In this document: one piece after another, positions 1 through 10,823 of the stretch
Position numbering within the stretch: the first letter of the stretch is position 1
Layout of the letters: every line of letters begins with the position of its first letter
Assembly: GCA_964016885.1 (NCBI GenBank)
Contig: OZ024757.1
Coordinates: 11,160,001-11,224,000, forward strand
Direction of reading: 5' to 3'
DNA from: Eledone cirrhosa
Lineage: Eukaryota
DNA: 64,000 nt
Program-made: the position numbers and the translations under genes
The notes under the pieces: model-generated
The model's database searches: none
What the model saw: only the letters and a program-made list of their open reading frames with translations
Told to the model about the DNA's origin: nothing

Positions 1-315
1 GTTGTAGAACGTGCTTGAACTTTCTTTCCTCTGCTTCCCTTCTTGCGAAGTACACTTGTCTCCTAGCTTCCCTCCTGGCCACTTGATAGTCCTCTCTACT
101 TCCCCCATCCCGCCATACATTCCAAGCCTGCTTTTTGGCCTTAATTGACTCCTCCACCTTACTGTTCCACCACCATGTTACTCTCCTCCAGCCTATCGAT
201 CTGCTCCAGCCACAGACTTCGTCTGCTGCCATCAGCAGGTTTGCTTTCAGGAATTCCCACTGTTCCTCTATATTGTACTGCTTTCAGGAATTCCCACTGT
301 TCCCCTATATTGTAC
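1..315 (-). mobile_element. RTE LINE internal fragment (family A), running off the window edge
   Basis: Reverse complement matches the RTE copy at ~13010-13285 (WEFLKANLLMA..VTWWWNSKV). Ends in a ~37 bp tandem duplication (242-315) next to (TA)n. Confidence 0.85.
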
Positions 316-387
316 ATATATATGTATATATATATATGAATATAGATGTATATATATATATGTATGTATATATGATATATATATGTA

Positions 388-1247
388 CATGTGTGGACGA
401 TATTTGGTCGCAATTTTCAACTGCTAATTTTATGCAAATTATTTTTTACTTCCGTTGTCACTCTTGTCCTCATAAAAACAGTGACTATATTTCCATTATT
501 TATTTTCAGAATAATTGATTATGAATAATTTTGAACCTCCAAATTTGTGGCAGAGACATGGAGTTCTTCTTGGAATCTGCGCCGGGAGGACAAATAAGAC
601 CAGAAGTTAACTCCCAGAACAACATGTGGCTCGCTGTCTCATCCAAAGACGTGCCCAGAGTCATGCAGATAAAGTTTCCACCGACAACATTGGTCTCAGG
701 TGTCGTCATGCCACCTGACTGCTTCCCTGAGTGTCTCAAGCTGAACACCAATGGCTACATTCACGTTCTGAGCGAGGTATTAAAGCCCTGGATCGACCAG
801 GTAGCTGCAGGTAGGCCGTACGTGTGGCAGTAAGACTCAGCGCCCTGCCATACCAGCCGAAAGATCCAAGCCGGGCTGACAGAGAACTTCGTTGACCTCA
901 CTTCCCCTGACATCTGGCCTCCCAACTAGCCTGACTGCAATCCTCTCGACTTCTTTGTGTGGGGCGCAGTGAAACAAGACACCAACAGATCCAGCTGCAA
1001 TACGAAAGACGATTTGAAGGCCAGGATCACAAGTGCCTTTAGGGGCCTAAGTCAGGGGACAGTGACGAAGGCCTGTGGCCGGTTTCGAGGCCGTCATCAA
1101 AGCCAATGACGGGTTTATCGAGTGAGAATGAAAGAACAAGTCATGAAGACAAACTGACCCAAGTTTGATAAATAAATCTTAAAAAACAAAACTACTGTTA
1201 TTTTTTCATAGACAGTAATCTTGCGAATAATTATCGTCCGCACCCTG
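388..1247 (+). mobile_element. Internally deleted Tc1/mariner DD37D (maT-type) transposon, copy 1
   Basis: Imperfect ~27 bp TIRs (CA.GTGTGGACGATATTTGGTCGCAA / TTGCGAATAATTATCGTCCGCACCCTG). Degenerate transposase C-terminus DSAPCHT...WPP.xPDCNPLDFFVWG with 37 residues between the last two Asp. In-frame stops. Confidence 0.85.
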
Positions 1248-1268
1248 TGTGTATACATATATAATATA

Positions 1269-1864
1269 CTAACAGTAAAGCCCGGCGTTGCTCGGGGTCG
1301 CTCAGTAGCTGTGTTAAAGTTACAATGTTAAGTTTCTTTTTTGGCTTAAAGTCAGTCTGCACGACTGTCTGTCTGCACGCCTAACGAAATTTACAGATAC
1401 ATATATTTTAAATAAACTTATATAATTTTTGCTTTTTTTTACGAAATATTTGCTTGTTTTACGTAGTCTTTAAATAGACTTGTTTTCAAGTAAAAATATT
1501 GTTTTAAAAGGCTTTTAAATGGAAATGAAGCAAAACGGAAGCTTAGTGTTCGAACTGATGAATTTTGCAGGTCAAAATTTTGCTGGCTCGACAACTGTTC
1601 GTGTATTGTGTTAATGTCATTTTAAACGCTCAATGTAAACAGAACAAAGGGAAATAACTCGTCACTTACGCTCAAAAATCGATACATTAGATTCGATTTC
1701 GTCACATAGGGTGGGTCAATTTGAAATATTATTTTTCCGATGTCTTCGCTAGGGCTCAATGTACAAGTATAGCAATTTCGGTGCAATTCCGTCAGAGATT
1801 CTAAGAGGAGATGTGTGCCAAAAATCGATAGACAGACAGACAACCACAGCTTTATATATATAGA
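1269..1864 (-). mobile_element. Non-autonomous Helitron-like element
   Basis: Minus strand starts A|TCTATATATATAAAG with GTCTGTCTGTC. It ends with the hairpin CCCGAGCAACGCCGGG ~10 nt before a TTAG|T terminus (CTAG-like). Absent from units 2 and 3. Confidence 0.7.
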
Positions 1865-1870
1865 TAGATG

Positions 1871-1911
<41 letters not shown>

Positions 1912-1917
<6 letters not shown>

Positions 1918-2926
1918 AAGTTTGTACTCATCAATGGCCTTCCAACCGTCGTAGGCATTTCGTCGCATTAAAGGCCATATACCTCAGGTTGGTGCGAGCA
2001 ACGGCTAAAAAAAGTCGTTGGGACACGTAAATAAAGGGGACGCTAGGGTTAACAAACAAAATGGTTTAAGCAACAGAAAGTGATGAAGAAGAAAGAAACA
2101 AGTTCCAGATTTCTATGAATATAAATTCGGTGGAATCGTGAACGAGAGAATAAAGACCATCAAACCTGGTTGAAATGTGAGCAAGGAAGGAATTTCGCAC
2201 AGGTCTAACGGGAGGAAGAAGGGGTCTGGTCTGCGAATTCGGTAAACATAAGTTCTGTGAAGTCGCAAACAAGAGAGAGAAAAAAAATACATACTGGCTT
2301 AGCCAAGTGCCCGCGAGAAAAGGATTACGGACAGGTCAAACGGGAAGAAAGGGGAGGAGGAGAGGTAGTGACAGAGAGTGAGTGAGTGAAAGGTGAGGAA
2401 GAGGCTAACAGAGAGAGAGAGACTGCTAGAAAGGGTAAAGACACAAAGAACGAAACAGACTGGTGACAGCGGAGGAAAAAATATATGTGTAAATATGATA
2501 ATAATGGAGCTGCGGCGCTGCAAATGGGTTACATATGAAAAAGTTTGTCCTCATCAGTGGCCTTCCAACCGTCGTAGGCATTTCGTCGCATTAAAGGCCA
2601 TATACCTCAGGTTGGTGCGAGCAACGGCTAAAAAAAGTCGTTGGGACACGTAAATAAAGGGGACGCTAGGGTTAACAAACAAAATGGTTTAAGCAACAGA
2701 AAGTGATGAAGAAGAAAGAAACAAGTCCCAGATTTCTGCGACTTCACAGAACTTATGTTTACCGAATTCGCAGACCAGACACCTTCTTCCTCCCGTTAGA
2801 CCTGTGCGAAATTCCTTCCTTGCTCACATTTCAACCAGGTTTGATGGTCTTTATTCTCTCGTTCACGATTCCACCGAATTTATATTCATAGAAATCTGGG
2901 ACTTGTTTCTTTCTTCTTCATCACTT
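1912..2926. repeat. Direct-plus-inverted repeat mosaic, probably Penelope-like pseudo-LTR remnant
   Basis: 1912-2114 is repeated directly at ~2535-2737. 2078-2267 recurs inverted at 2737-2926. A CTGATGA half-core lies on the minus strand near 2551-2557. Confidence 0.55.
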
Positions 2927-2929
2927 AGA

Positions 2930-3559
2930 ATTAGACAGTAGAAGTCGCATTGATAGACACATTTTTCAAATGCAGGAGGGCGCTATAGAAGTGGTGGATA
3001 GCTTCCGGTACCTAGGAGATCAGATTAGCATGGGAGGAGGGTGTTCCGAGGCCAGTGTCGAGAATAAGGACGGGTTGGAAGAAGTTTAGGGAGCTGCTTC
3101 CTGTGCTGACAAAGAAGCATTTCTCCCTGCGTACGAAAGGCCGGTTATATGATGCCTGTGTGAGATGCGCAATGCTGCATGGTAGTGAGACATGGGCAGC
3201 AACTGCAGAGGATATGCGACGGCTGGAGAGAAATGAGCCAAGCATGCTCCGTTGGATGTGCAGTGTAAATGTGCATGAATGACTCAGCATGAATGTGTTG
3301 CGAGAGAAACTGTCTGAGAGGGATAGAATGTGATGCGCATGGAGGATGACCGATGGGTGAAGAAGTGCCAGTTGAAGGAAGACGTGGTAGAGGTAGACCA
3401 CGAAAAACATGGGCGGAGGTGGTGAGAACAGACCTCAGATTATTGAAGCTCACGGTGGAGATGACGAAGGACCGTGACGAGTGGAGAGATGCTGTGCTGA
3501 ATAAGACCTGTCCCACCCTTGCAAGCAGGGACAAAGCAGATGTAAAATGATGATGATGA
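2930..3559 (+). mobile_element. RTE LINE 3' fragment (family B)
   Basis: Encodes VDSFRYLG..RIRTGWKKFRELLP..GRLYDACVR..RGRPRKTW. Ends in a (GAT)n tail. A longer orthologous copy is at 20323-21798. Confidence 0.85.
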
Positions 3560-3567
3560 TATATATA

Positions 3568-3792
3568 TCATCCTCATCACTGTTTTACGTCCGTTTTTCT
3601 ATGCTAGCATGGGTTAGACGGGTTGGCCTGTTGTGGTCAGTCTCCGGTTGGGTGACCTTGTCTTGCTCATACGGGAACTGATTTTGGCTTGATTTCTACA
3701 GCTGGATGCCCTTTCTAACACCAACCTTATTTACACTGAGAGCTGGGTACTTTTCTTCCGTGGTGCCTACATGTCCACTTTATAGTGTGGGT
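3568..3792 (-). mobile_element. RTE family C 3' UTR fragment
   Basis: Starts with (ATC)n and matches the 3' UTR of the RTE at 55396. Orthologous pieces at ~21819-22045 and ~37526-37750. Confidence 0.75.
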
Positions 3793-3811
3793 GATATATC
3801 TATATATATCT

Positions 3812-4345
3812 GAGAGACAGACTGAACATAAGAGGAATCAAATGCTGTGTGCAGGGGAGGCGGCTGCGTTGGTATGGACATGTGATGCGTTTGAAGGATG
3901 ACAGCTGCATAAAAGGGTGCACAGCACTAGAAGTCGATGAAAACCGCGGAGTGGGGAGACCCAAGATGACCTGGGATGAGGAGATAAAAGCCGACCTTAC
4001 CCAATTACACCTCTCAAAGGCGATGACACACGACCGTGACCTCTGGCGTCACGCAGTAATACAGAGTACCCGACCTCCCATGGGTACAAGCTGAAGCATA
4101 TAGACAATATGCCCCCACACCCCCTACAGCAAGGTGGTCATGGAGGTGCTACGGCAAAAAAGCACCCAGCCATCACTGTAAATGAGGTTGGTGTTAGGAA
4201 GGGCATCCAGCTGTAGAAATCAAGCCAAATCAGTTCCTTTATGAGCAAGGTATGGTCAACCGACCAGACACTGCCCACAACAGGACAACCCGTCTAACCC
4301 ATGCTAGCGTGGAAGAACGGACGTAAAACGGTGATGATGATGATG
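3812..4345 (+). mobile_element. RTE family C 3' fragment inserted into a mini-Helitron
   Basis: RRLRWYGHVMR..GRPKMTWDE..PPMGT matches the C-terminus of ORF 55691-57763. (GAT)n tail. ATATCT duplication at 3806-3811 and 4346-4351. Ortholog at ~22354-22885. Confidence 0.85.
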
Positions 4346-4517
4346 ATATCTAAAATAGAGAATGCCTAAAACTCAAGAAGCACCCAACCGATTGTTTTCA
4401 AACTTTACACATGTAATACTTATAGTCCTGTAAGTGCATTGAGGAGAAAAATTTCAAATTTTCAATGCCCTAGGGACCGCATTAGGCGATTTAGCGATCT
4501 TCGGGCCATTCTGCTAG
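4346..4517 (+). mobile_element. Mini-Helitron (body of split copy); orthologs ~22886-23057 and 37827-38012
   Basis: Ends CTGCTAG|T. The uninterrupted copy at 37827 begins TCTATATATCTAAAA..GTCTGTCTGTC. Confidence 0.6.
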
Positions 4518-4536
4518 TAATATATATATATATATA

Positions 4537-4746
4537 TGGCTTAGTGATTAGAGCATTGGGCTTGTAATTGAAAGGTTGTGAGTTCAATTCTCGGACTGGG
4601 TGATGTGTTATGTCCTTGAGCAAGACACTTTATTTCACGTTGCTTCTTCTACCTGGAGTTGTGACCAATAGATAGTATTAGCAATTGGAAAGACCAATGG
4701 AAACATTGTTTCTTCGGTCCAATTCGACGAAAGTTGATCAACTGAC
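4537..4746 (+). mobile_element. tRNA-derived SINE; orthologs ~23077-23288 and ~38021-38232
   Basis: A-box-like TGGCTTAGTGATTAGAG, B-box-like GAGTTCAATTC, and a core GTCCTTGAGCAAGACACTT. Confidence 0.75.
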
Positions 4747-5295
4747 TAGATATATATGTATATGTATATATTATACATATATATATTATATGTGTCACTT
4801 GCTGGATCTGCTAGAAGGACCCAGATAATATGAGGTATTCGCCCAGCTGTATCATATACTGCAAATCTATGCAGATGTATACACATATATACACAAACAC
4901 ATAAAGATACACAAGTAATTATACACACATAGAAGTGGTTGTTAGCTTCTGTGACTTAATTAGCAGTGGAGGATGACTGTATAACACCTGCCAATAAAAT
5001 ATGATGCTGCATGGTAGTGAAACAAGGGCTGTGACAGCAGAAAAAAAGTGAAGACTGGAGAGAAATGAAGCAACCATGCTTCATTGGATGTGCCATTTAA
5101 GTGTGAGAGAAAGTCAGAGCTTGGACAAGTTCAAGAAGAAGCTGGGTTTAAGAGGGAACTTAAGAGATGTGTAAGAGAGAAGACTGCATATATATATCAT
5201 ATGTCAATTCTAAACAATACAGTTTTGTCAGCACAAATCTTGGTTACAACTTCTACCAATAAAATGAAAGGATAATAATTTCTTAGTAAAACAGT

Positions 5296-5301
5296 TTTAT
5301 T
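5296..5301 (-). terminator. Putative polyadenylation signal of ZNF gene 1
   Basis: AATAAA on the minus strand ~800 nt past the stop. Same context in all four units (24555-24560, 39233-39238, 50930-50935). Confidence 0.55.
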
Positions 5302-5389
5302 CAAGATATTAACAACATTGGTGGCACAATTTTAGGTGAGTGACTTGGATTTTATCTTGTCTGATTGTGTTTGTGTTGCATCAAGTAAC

Positions 5390-5715
5390 CTTTACAAGAG
5401 AATTATTTACCACAGACATCACAGTGATATGGTTCCTCTCCTGTATATGTTAGTGTTTAGTGAAGCCACAACATTTAGAGAATTATTTACCACAGACATC
5501 ACAATGATATAGTTCCTCTCCTATATGTTAGTGTTTAGTGAAGCCACAACATTTAGAGAATGATTTACCACAGACATCACAATGATATAGTTCCTCTCCT
5601 ATACGTTAGTGTGTAGTGAAGCCACAACATTTAGAGAATTATTTACCACAGACATCACATTGATATAGTTCCTCTCCTGTATGTTAGTGTGTAGTGAAAC
5701 CAAAATTAGAAATTG
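5390..5715 (-). repeat. 78-80 bp minisatellite made of dead zinc-finger units in the ZNF 3' UTR
   Basis: Unit resembles a finger (..CCATATCACTGTGATGTCTGTGGTAAA..) but has stops and a 78-80 nt rather than 84 nt period. Also at ~24650-25130, ~39330-39810 and ~51030-51300. Confidence 0.8.
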
Positions 5716-5720
5716 ATTTA

Positions 5721-5875
5721 CATGGGTGGAGGTGACGAGAGCAGACGTTTGAAGCTCACGGTGGAGATGACGAAGGACAGTGACAAGTGGAGAGATCCTG
5801 TGCTGAATAGGACCCATCCCACCCTTGCAAGCAGGGAAAAGAGGACGTAAAATGATGATGATGATGATGATGAGG
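5721..5875 (+). mobile_element. RTE family B 3' terminal fragment inside the ZNF 3' UTR
   Basis: Matches 3405-3559 and has a (GAT)n tail. Present in units 1-3 (~25131-25285, ~39811-39960) but not unit 4. Confidence 0.75.
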
Positions 5876-6095
5876 ATATGGTTTCCCTCATCTATGCATA
5901 TATTTAGTTAAATTGCTGCATTAAAAGATATATTTTCCAAACATATCAAAGTGATATGGCTTCTCACCTGTATATGTTTGTGTGAAGTTAATGTAACATT
6001 GAAAGAGAATGATTTACCATAGATATTACACTGATATATATTTGTATTCTCATTAATTCACAATTTTGAGAGGATTTATCACTGATGTCAATGCA

Positions 6096-7538
6096 TTAAG
6101 ATTTCTCCACTGCATGTATGAGTTTGTGAGTAGTTAGGCTACTTTTTCCAGAGAGTGATATACCACAGATATCACAGTGATATGGCTTGTCTCCTGTATG
6201 GGTACGTTTGTGGCTAGTTAAGTTACTACTTTGAGAGAATGATTTACCACAGATATCACAGTGGTATGGCTTGTCTCTTGTATGGGTACGTTTGTGTCTC
6301 GTTAAGGTACCACTTCGAGAGAATGATTTACCACAGATATCACAGTGATATGGCTTGTCTCCTGTATGTATACGTTTGTGGCTAGTTAAGTTACTACTAT
6401 CAGAGAATGATTTACCACAGATATCACAATGATATGGCTTGTCTCCTGTATGTATATGTTTGTGGCTATTTAAGTTACCACTATCAGAGAATGATTTACC
6501 ACAGATATCACAGTGATATGGCTTGTCTCCTGTATGGGTACGTTTGTGTCTATTTAAATGACCACTTACAGAGAATGATTTACCACAGATATCACAGTGA
6601 TATGGTTTGTCTCCTGTATGGGTACGTTTGTGTCTATTTAAATGACCACTTACAGAGAATGATTTACCACATATATCACAGTGATATGGCTTGTCTCCTG
6701 TATGGGTACGTATGTGTCCCGTTAAGTTACTACTTTGAGAGAATGATTTACCACAAATATGACAGTGGTATGGCTTGTCTCCTGTATGTATACGTTTGTG
6801 GTTAGTTAAGGTACCACTATCAGAGAAAGATTTACCACAGATATCACAGTGATATGGCTTCTCTCCTGTATGTATACGTTTGTGGCGAGCTAAGTAACTA
6901 CTCTCAGAGAATGATTTACCACAGATATCACAGTGGTATGGCTTGTCTCCTGTATGTATACGTTTGTGGCTAGTTAAGTGACTACTCTCAGAGAATGATT
7001 TACAACAGATATCACAGTGATATGGCTTGTCTACTGTATGTATATGTTTGTGTCTAGTTAAGTGACTACTTTGAGAGAATGATTTACCACAGATGTCACA
7101 GTGGTATGGCTTGTCTCCTGTATGGGTACGTAAGTGTTTAGTTAATGCATCACTTCGAGGGAATGTTTTACCACAGATATCACAGTGATATGGCCTCTCA
7201 CCTGTATGTAAATGGTTGTGAGTAGTTAAGGTACTACTTTTAGTGAATGATTTACCACAGATCTCACAGTGATATGGCTTCTCACCTGTATGTAAATGCT
7301 TGTGACTAGTTAGGCTACTTTTCCCAGAGAATGATTTAGCACAGATATTACAGTGATATGGCTTGTCTCCTGTATGTATAACTTTGTGAGTAGTTAAGGT
7401 ACTACGTATATTGAATGATTTAACACAGATATTGCAGTGATATGGTTTCTCTTCTCCAACCTTTGTCATCTCACCAGGAATACTAAACATTTTCGATTGC
7501 GTTTCGCATTTAACCTTTTCACTCAATTTATTTTCCAT
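6096..7538 (-). CDS. Tandem C2H2 zinc-finger protein, 480 aa, 16 fingers (ZNF gene 1)
   Basis: Open ORF from ATG. A 32 aa leader is followed by 16 x 28 aa YHCxICGKSF..L..H..H fingers with TG[D/E]KP linkers. No effector domain visible. Confidence 0.92.
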   Translation of the reverse strand: MENKLSEKVKCETQSKMFSIPGEMTKVGEEKPYHCNICVKSFNIRSTLTTHKVIHTGDKPYHCNICAKSFSGKSSLTSHKHLHTGEKPYHCEICGKSFTKSSTLTTHNHLHTGERPYHCDICGKTFPRSDALTKHLRTHTGDKPYHCDICGKSFSQSSHLTRHKHIHTVDKPYHCDICCKSFSESSHLTSHKRIHTGDKPYHCDICGKSFSESSYLARHKRIHTGEKPYHCDICGKSFSDSGTLTNHKRIHTGDKPYHCHICGKSFSQSSNLTGHIRTHTGDKPYHCDICGKSFSVSGHLNRHKRTHTGDKPYHCDICGKSFSVSGHLNRHKRTHTGDKPYHCDICGKSFSDSGNLNSHKHIHTGDKPYHCDICGKSFSDSSNLTSHKRIHTGDKPYHCDICGKSFSRSGTLTRHKRTHTRDKPYHCDICGKSFSQSSNLTSHKRTHTGDKPYHCDICGISLSGKSSLTTHKLIHAVEKS

Positions 7539-7716
7539 AATAATTTTATCTCCAACAGAATATACTTGTAATATTTTTTACATTATATTCCTAAAAAAAT
7601 ATATCTTCTATATTTCCCTCAACTGTGATTTCATTTAATAGTCTTCAAATGATGATAAATAGAGGTGATGTATCCGAGATTGAAAATAATAATTTATCCC
7701 AATGTCATCTGGTATT

Positions 7717-7736
7717 CTGAAATAAGAAAGAAACAG
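7717..7736 (-). promoter_or_regulatory. Splice acceptor of the ZNF coding exon
   Basis: Minus strand CTGTTTCTTTCTTATTTCAG|AAT. Conserved at 26790, 41426 and 53078, upstream of each paralog. Confidence 0.75.
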
Positions 7737-8149
7737 TATGAGATAATACAGAATACTTAAGAAGCAGAGATAGATTTAACAGTGGAAATTTTATATTTCT
7801 ATATTGGTAAACTGTAGATATCAACTTTCCTGTCCAGAGTAATTCTCTCCAATGCAAACAGTGGTATTCCAGCATGCTCTATAATGTTATCCTTCTATCT
7901 CTAGAGAAGTCTGCTCTATGGCAGTTTAGTGAAAAATTCATTCTGATTACACTTTCTAACATAGCTATCATCTCCTCTCCTGGTGACATGTCAACACCAG
8001 TTTAACTTCCATCTTGTTATTAGTAGGAGTCAATTGTTCCTCTATATCTTTTTCTTACTTCTTTTCTATCTTTCTCTGGGAGAAATCGGCCGTGTTTAGA
8101 CCAGGAGTTACGAGTCTATTTGAATCCATACAATATCTGATTTTACTTA

Positions 8150-9299
8150 GAAAAATGGCCTTGCTCGGTGTGCTAGAAAGGTGTAGGTAGAAATTCTATT
8201 CTCTGTCCAAAATACAAACAATGGGTACATAAGAGATGTAGTGGGATCTCAGGTAGGTTAGCTAAGAATATAGGTTTTACATGTGGCCATTGCACAGGAG
8301 CAGTAAGCAGCAAACATTCACAGGAAGCAACGATTGACTTTCGTCAAATTGGACCGAGGAAACAATGTTTCCATTGGTCTTTCCAATTGCTAATACTATC
8401 TTTCAGTCACAACTCCAGGTAGAAGGAGCAATGTGAAATAAAATGTCTTGCTCACGGACATAACGCATCACCCGGTCGGTGAATCGATCTCACAACCTCA
8501 CGATTGCGAATCCAATTCTCTAACCACTCAGCCACACGCCTTCACAGGAAACAAGCTCTAACAAACTGTTGGCGGGTCACATAGAAGAGGTAGACAGCTT
8601 CTGTTGCCTGGGTGATGATATCATCAGTGGAAGTGGGTGTTCTGAAAGTAGAGCAGCCTGAGTGAACATGGAATGGAAAAGGTTCAGGATGCTACTACCA
8701 CTGCAACTTACTAAAGGCTTTTTCCTCAAAACAAAGGGCAGGTTGAATAATGCGTGTATATAAACAGTTTAACACACACACACACATATATATATAGATA
8801 TATATATTTATATAATTGTGTGTATATGTATATATATATACATTAAGACAATGTCACTGGACTGAGATCTTTGGCGCTACTCAGTAATACAGAAGACCCT
8901 CCTTGCCTATGTACAAAGCGAAACCTACAGTCAGTAGGCACCTCTTAACCAAATATACACCCCCATCCCACTACCCAACCCCCAACCCTATCAACACCAC
9001 CCTATCTCTGTAAAGTTGATGGTACCACAACATCCAGTCCTAAATAAATGAGGTCGTGTAGGTGTCACGACAAAAAAAAAACACAGTGCACGCTGTAATG
9101 TGGCCGTGTAGGTAACATGGTAAAAACCTCCAAGTCCTCACCGTAAACGTGGTTGGTGTTAGGAAGGGCATCCAGCCATAGAAAACCTGCCATCTAGTGA
9201 GATACGGTGACCCGACCAATCTTACCTCCAGTGGGACAATTCCCGTCTAAACCCATGCCAGCGTGGAAGGTAGACGTTAAACGATGATGATGATGATGA
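8150..9299 (+). mobile_element. Old degenerate RTE fragments split by a minus-strand SINE (~8328-8540)
   Basis: Decayed WVHKRCSGI and VDSFCYLGD coding, family-A-like 3' UTR and (GAT)n tail. The SINE is the reverse complement of 4537-4746. Orthologs ~27420-28548 and ~42052-43185. Confidence 0.65.
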
Positions 9300-9362
9300 C
9301 AAGCAATATATATAATCTAAGTAGAATGGTATAATGAAAGCATATAATGTAGGTACAGCAGT

Positions 9363-10819
9363 ATTCTCATAAATTGCTACAAAGGTAAAGGGGATGCTCT
9401 AGAGAGGAGCAATTATAGGGGCATAAAGCTGATGGAACAGGTTATGAAATGGCAGAGAGAATATTAGTGCAGCTGATTAGAGAAAAGGTCAATTTAGATG
9501 AGATGCAGTTTGGTTTTGTCCCTCGGAAAAGTACAACAGAAGTGAGGTAACTACAAGAGAGGTTCTTAGAGAAGAATAAGTCACTATACTTAGCTTTTGT
9601 TGACCTAGAGAGGGCCTTTGATAGGGTACCCTGATCTGTCATCTGGTGGTGCCTAAGGAAACTAGGTGTAGAGGAATGGCTTGTGAGGACAGTGCAAGCT
9701 ATGTACAGGGGTGCTGTCAGTAAAGTGAGGGTAGGAATGGAGTTTAGTAAGGAATTCCAGATACAAGTAGGTATACATCAAGGTTCGGTCCTCAGCCCAC
9801 TCTTGTTCGTTAAAGCCTCCAAGCCATAACAGAGGAGTTTAAGACAGGATGCCCATGGGAACTTCTCTATGCTGATGATCTGGTTCTTATAGCAGAATCA
9901 GTAGAGGAGCTAGAGAATAAATTCTGGCTATGGAAACAGCAGTTGGAATCAAGAGGCCTTAGAGTGAACATAGCTTAAACAAAAGTGTTGATGAGTAGAA
10001 AAGACGACAAACTCTGATTCCATCAAGGAAATGGCCATGTTCGATATGTGGGAAAGCAACTGGCATAAATTACATAAAATGTACGCAATGCAGATGTTGG
10101 GTACACAAGAAATGTAGTGGGATAGCAGGCAAACCAACAGGTAGGTAGAACTATGTATGCAGTAGATGTACAGGGAAAGTTGGCAGTAGTAATCACCGTG
10201 ATAAACACATTTTTCAAATACAAGTGGGTTCTAGAGAGGTGGTTGATAACTTCCGGTACGTAGGTGAGCAGATTAGCATGGGAGGGGGTTGTTCCGAGGC
10301 CATAGTATCTAGAAAAAGGACAGGTTGGAAGAAGTTGAGGGAGCTGCTTTCTCTGTTGACAAAGAAGGGTTTCTCCCTGCATACGAAAGGACGGTTATAT
10401 GATGCCTGTGTGAGATGTGCGATGCTGCATGGTAGTAAGACATGGGCAGCAACTGCAAAGGATATGTGAAGGCTGGAGAGAAGCAAGCATGCTCCGTTGG
10501 ATGTGCAATGTCAATGTGTGTGAACAACAAAGCATAGACGAGTTGAGAAAGAAACTGGGTATAAGAGGGATAGGTTGTGGTGTGCAGGAGAGAAGACTGA
10601 GATGGTATGGACATGTGACCACTGGGTAAAGAAGTGCCAAATAATGCCAGTAGTAGGAAGACGCAGAAGAGGTAGACCACGTAAAACAAGGGCGGAGATG
10701 GTGAGAGAAGACCTCAGATCGCTGAAACTCACCGAGGAGATGACAACTGGAGAGATGCTGTGCTGAATAGGACCCGTCCCACCCTTGCAAGCAGGGAAAA
10801 ACAGACATAAAATGATGAT
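9363..10819 (+). mobile_element. 5'-truncated, decayed RTE family B copy
   Basis: NCYKGKGDALE..NYRGIKL, AFVDLE.AFDRVP, ELLYADDL, with stops/frameshifts and a GAT tail. Orthologs ~28612-29958 and ~43252-44697. Confidence 0.85.
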
Positions 10820-10823
10820 ATAT

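Noticed and set aside
4537-4600. tRNA genes at SINE heads (also 22250-22320 and 24044-24115)
   Set aside because: A/B boxes run into SINE cores and no full cloverleaf acceptor stem is evident.
6407-6805. Plus-strand repetitive ORF over ZNF gene 1 and the many short antisense ORFs over RTE copies
   Set aside because: Shadow frames of real coding sequence.
6096-7450. 84 bp periodic array resembling a CRISPR repeat-spacer pattern
   Set aside because: It is the C2H2 finger coding repeat in eukaryotic DNA; there are no cas genes.
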